Positions 60,767 through 64,000 of a stretch of DNA of 64,000 nucleotides are shown here, piece after piece. The notes beneath the pieces are model-generated. The model worked only from the letters and a program-made list of their open reading frames with translations. It ran no database searches and was not told the DNA's origin. This DNA comes from Lama guanicoe. Taxonomy: Eukaryota. The position numbers and the translations under genes were made by a program. Positions within the stretch are counted from its first letter, which is position 1. Each line of letters opens with the position of its first letter. The stretch lies in the NCBI GenBank assembly GCA_013239625.1, contig MU053431.1, positions 434,001 to 498,000 of the forward strand, in the 5' to 3' direction.

Positions 60767-62200
60767 TTTCTTTTGTTGTTTGAACTTTTCTGTTTGAAAT
60801 CACTTTAGAGTCACATGTGCGTCGCAGGCATGGCCCACGATGTGCCATTATGTGTCCACTCGGCGCAGCGCACGTCTTACATGACCTTGGTACGTTGATC
60901 AAAACTGAGGAACTGGTGTTGATACAGCGCTGCTGACCAAACTACAGACATCATTCAGTTTCTCCAGGTTCCCCCTGGGATCCCGCCTGCTGTTCCGGAA
61001 TCCCACCCAAGACAAGTCTTCGCGTTTAGACACCACGTGTTCTAAGTCGCCTCTGGTCCGCGACAGCGTCTCATACTTTCCTTATTCTTTACGTGTCTCA
61101 GATCAGATTTATCTGATGTTTTCTCATGATGAGGCCAGAGTTACTATATTTCACTTTTCTATTTGAATCTGATCTCGTGTCCTGTGACCTTTCCTTACTC
61201 CATTACTTCCAGGGTTTAGGGGGTTTGGGGTCCATTTTTATTGATTTTCCACACAGACAGTTATGGCATCTGTGAGCAAAAGCAGTTTCACTTCTTCATT
61301 CACAACTGGTATGTGTTTTATTGTATTTCTTTCCTCCTACTGCCCTGGCCAGGGCCGTCGGCACGATGCTGGGTGTAGAGGTCAGAGCGGACACCTCTGC
61401 CGGGCTCCTCACCGTAGCAGAGGGAGCTTCTTGTTTCTAAGCATTAATATGATGTCTGGGGAGACAGTTCCTTTTTTCATGGGTTTTAAAGTACGTGTTC
61501 CACTGTCTTCTGGCCTCCACAATTCCTGATGAAAAGCCCCAGTCCTCAAACCGTGTTCTTGACTTTTCTTCTTTGTCTTTATTTTTCAGGACTTTGATTA
61601 AGGCGTGTCTGTGAGGTTTTGTTTGTTTGTTTTTAGTTTGTCTTGGTTGGATTTTTCCTTTAACCTGTAAATGTGTGTCTTTCACCAAATTCAAGCTGTC
61701 TTCAGCTGCTGTGTGTGTTGCTCTGCGCTAAGCGCGTGCTCTCCTGACACCGATGAGAGCTGTGCATCACCAGTAGATGCTGCTCGTTTTTATTAAGTCT
61801 TTTTCTGGGTCCTCAGATGGGGCTATCTTTTTTCTTAGTCTAGCTTCAAATCCCGTAGCTCTTTCTGTATCTGCATTCTAACATTCAGCTCAACAGGTGA
61901 GCTTAATTTTGGATATGAAATTTTCACTTTTACAATTTCCATTTGATTCTCTTTTCTACCATTTGTTTTTCTCCTGCGAAATTCTGTGTTGCTGTTTACT
62001 TCAAGCGTGTTTACCTTAACGTCTGGAACATAGTTCCAACGATTGATTTGCTGTGTTTATCTGATCATTTCACCTCCACCCGTGGACCCGTCCTGGGGCT
62101 GGAATTTGCTTCTTTTCGTCTTCCTTGGCTTTGCATGCTGGCTCGACTGGACCGCTCTCTGAGCGTTTGGATCGTACGCTGCGGCGCCCGCTACCACCCT
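60767..62200 (-). mobile_element. Mosaic of old antisense L1 pieces (L1MC-like 3' end, ORF2 remnant, ORF1/5' remnant)
   Basis: aaactacagac...ttttctcatgat (3' UTR), cagttatggcatctgtga...cagtttcacttcttc (ORF2), and ttccactgtcttctggcctcca...tgatgaaaag and gtctttcaccaaatt (ORF1 region). Confidence 0.8.
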
Positions 62201-62900
62201 CTCCATGAGGTGCATCGTGGTTTGTGCGGTTCTGCGAGGCGAGCAGACGCGGTCAGGCTCGGGCCTTCTGTCGGGGCGGCCGCGGCGCGTGTTCAGCGTT
62301 GGAAGCCTCCGCGGGGAGGTGCCGGCCGCCTCCCGCGCGCCCGGGGCTGGTCTGGGGCGCGGGTGGCCGGTGTGGCGGCCGAGCTCTCCGCCTGCCGCTT
62401 CGGGGGTGTCGCTGCGCTGCGCTGCGCTGCCGGCGGGTGAGCCCGACACAGCGGCTTCTGCCGGAGCTCGAGGGCGCCCTGCTCCGGGCCTCTCTCCCCA
62501 AGGGTCCGCCTGCGCTCGCCAGCCTCCCGGGGCCCTGTCCCCAGTTCTCTGCTGAGGACAGCGGGGATCTTTGAGCCTTTCTAACGCCCCCCGTTGCCGA
62601 CACCCAGTTCCACGGCCACGGCTGCGCCTGAGGCAGCGCCGGGAGAGAAAGAGGAGAAGAGGAGAAGCGGGTCGCTCCCGCCCAGCCTGTCCTCCGGCGG
62701 CGCGGCGGCGGGGCCCCAGAAGGGCGGAGGCGCCCTCTGCGCGGGTCGCTTTTCGCATTTTACCCTCCCCCGCGCCTCACTGCGCCTGTTCTTGGGCACG
62801 TTTGAGACCCTCCCAGAGCAGCTGTTCTGGTGCTTTTCCTGGAGCGTTGAACTGGAGCCGTGAGGGCGGCTGCGGTGTGGGTTTAGTCTGTGAACCGCTT
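62150..62900. promoter_or_regulatory. CpG island
   Basis: By eye the most CpG-dense stretch of the window, with GGGCGG boxes and a short (GCTGC)4 run near 62411-62430. Confidence 0.7.
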
Positions 62901-64000
62901 GCCTTCCCAGCTCGGGTCTGAAAGTACAATACAGTCACTTAAACACCCCAAGACCTATACGGTTAGTGGGCCAGTGAGCTGCTCCCAGGGCGAAAAGTGA
63001 TGCAGAGAATTTGGTAAATGCGGTTGGGTAAGAGCTGAATTTTTAATGAAACTGTGAAAGAGCCATGAGCTGGCGCTCCCTGTTCTGAGGGATGAGCACA
63101 CCTGATCGTGCGGGTTCAGGAACCCAGGGGAAGTCTCCAGTCCTAATGTGTCTTCAGGGACGATCTCCTGGTCACCAGGCATCCCACTGGGTCTTGGTGT
63201 GACCCGTATTAAAGCGAGGATACACACTTGATATGTGAGGCAGTGCTTGCACACTGACAAAGTACCACTCAGTTTAAAATATCTTTTCAAAGTGACAAGA
63301 CTGCCCTGAGGACATGTAAAAACTAATGTTATAAGGAAGCATAGTAAATCTGGAAAGGTAAAGAAGGTTGCTGGCGTTTGGGCTGGAAAGTGTGTGCCGC
63401 CAAGCCCCGTTTTTAGGATGCTTAATTGCTGGCAACGGATCAATTACTGCTGGATATAACCGCGCATGCGTGCGCACACAGACACAGAGTCACTTACAGA
63501 GCCCATTCAGTGCAGACCATTTCTAAATAAAATGTTAATAAAAAGCAGAATTCAGAGGATTGTGCACATAATTATTCCATTCAACAGATAATAAAAAGCA
63601 ATTAACTAACAGAGACAAATAAGCCAATAATGAACAAAGGATCCTGCCTTGCGTCTCCCATTTCAAAGCGAAGGCTGGGAAGATGGAGCGGAAGCAGAGC
63701 AGACCTCGGCGAACCTGGGACCAGAGGGCTCCAGCCGCTCCTTCCCCTGCGAAGCTCCCCAACCCCTCGGCTCAGACCCCGAGCCCCGTAGACAGCTATG
63801 GAAATTGCTGTGCTTTGGAGACCAAAAGAGTAGCAAGTTTAAATGTTTTCTTGGGACACTAGAAACACAAACACACACACATGTACACTACCCACAACTT
63901 AAATAATCATTCCTCAGCAAATATTAAGATGCTGCCAGTTCATGAGAAATAAGCATCTCATCTCCTTTCTGAGATTTCAAGCCTTTATTGACCAAATTGT

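Noticed and set aside
62057..62758. Longest ORF (233 aa, minus strand) as a CDS
   Set aside because: It lies in the CpG island where stop codons are depleted, is low-complexity R/G/A/P, and several other frames are open across the same interval.
1..64000. The hundreds of 60-233 aa ORFs in the six-frame track as genes
   Set aside because: They overlap in all frames, mostly start at GTG/TTG, have the P/G/R/A-rich composition expected from GC-rich non-coding DNA and show no recognisable domains apart from L1 remnants.

Overview
Mammalian non-coding DNA, most likely from a camelid (camel/alpaca). The evidence is a tRNA-derived SINE of the Vic-1 type at 55117-55324 and several copies of a camelid-type young L1 3' end. 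The window is GC-rich and dense with eutherian repeats (L1, L2, MIR, ERVL/MaLR solo LTRs, hAT MER elements), with one 14-N assembly gap. I recognise no host protein-coding gene, tRNA, rRNA or CRISPR array. The only ORFs in the track that resemble known proteins are decayed L1 pieces (mainly ORF2). The non-repeat sequence contains AT-rich, homeodomain-motif-dense blocks and CpG-island-like blocks, which would fit a gene desert or large intron. I found no evidence of a new biological system. The best leads are: (1) a ~190-bp inverted duplication (L1 tail plus unique flank) bracketing exactly 4300 bp; (2) a phase-consistent chain of candidate exons at 739-817, 1917-2035 and 11053-11214 followed by AATAAA; (3) ancient L1 sequence apparently shifted towards GC/CpG, including a CpG island that seems to be an old L1 5' end; (4) a near-canonical REST/RE1 site; (5) an 11-bp minisatellite with a 77-bp higher-order repeat. 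Repeat family names and boundaries come from recalled consensus sequences, not a search, and are approximate.
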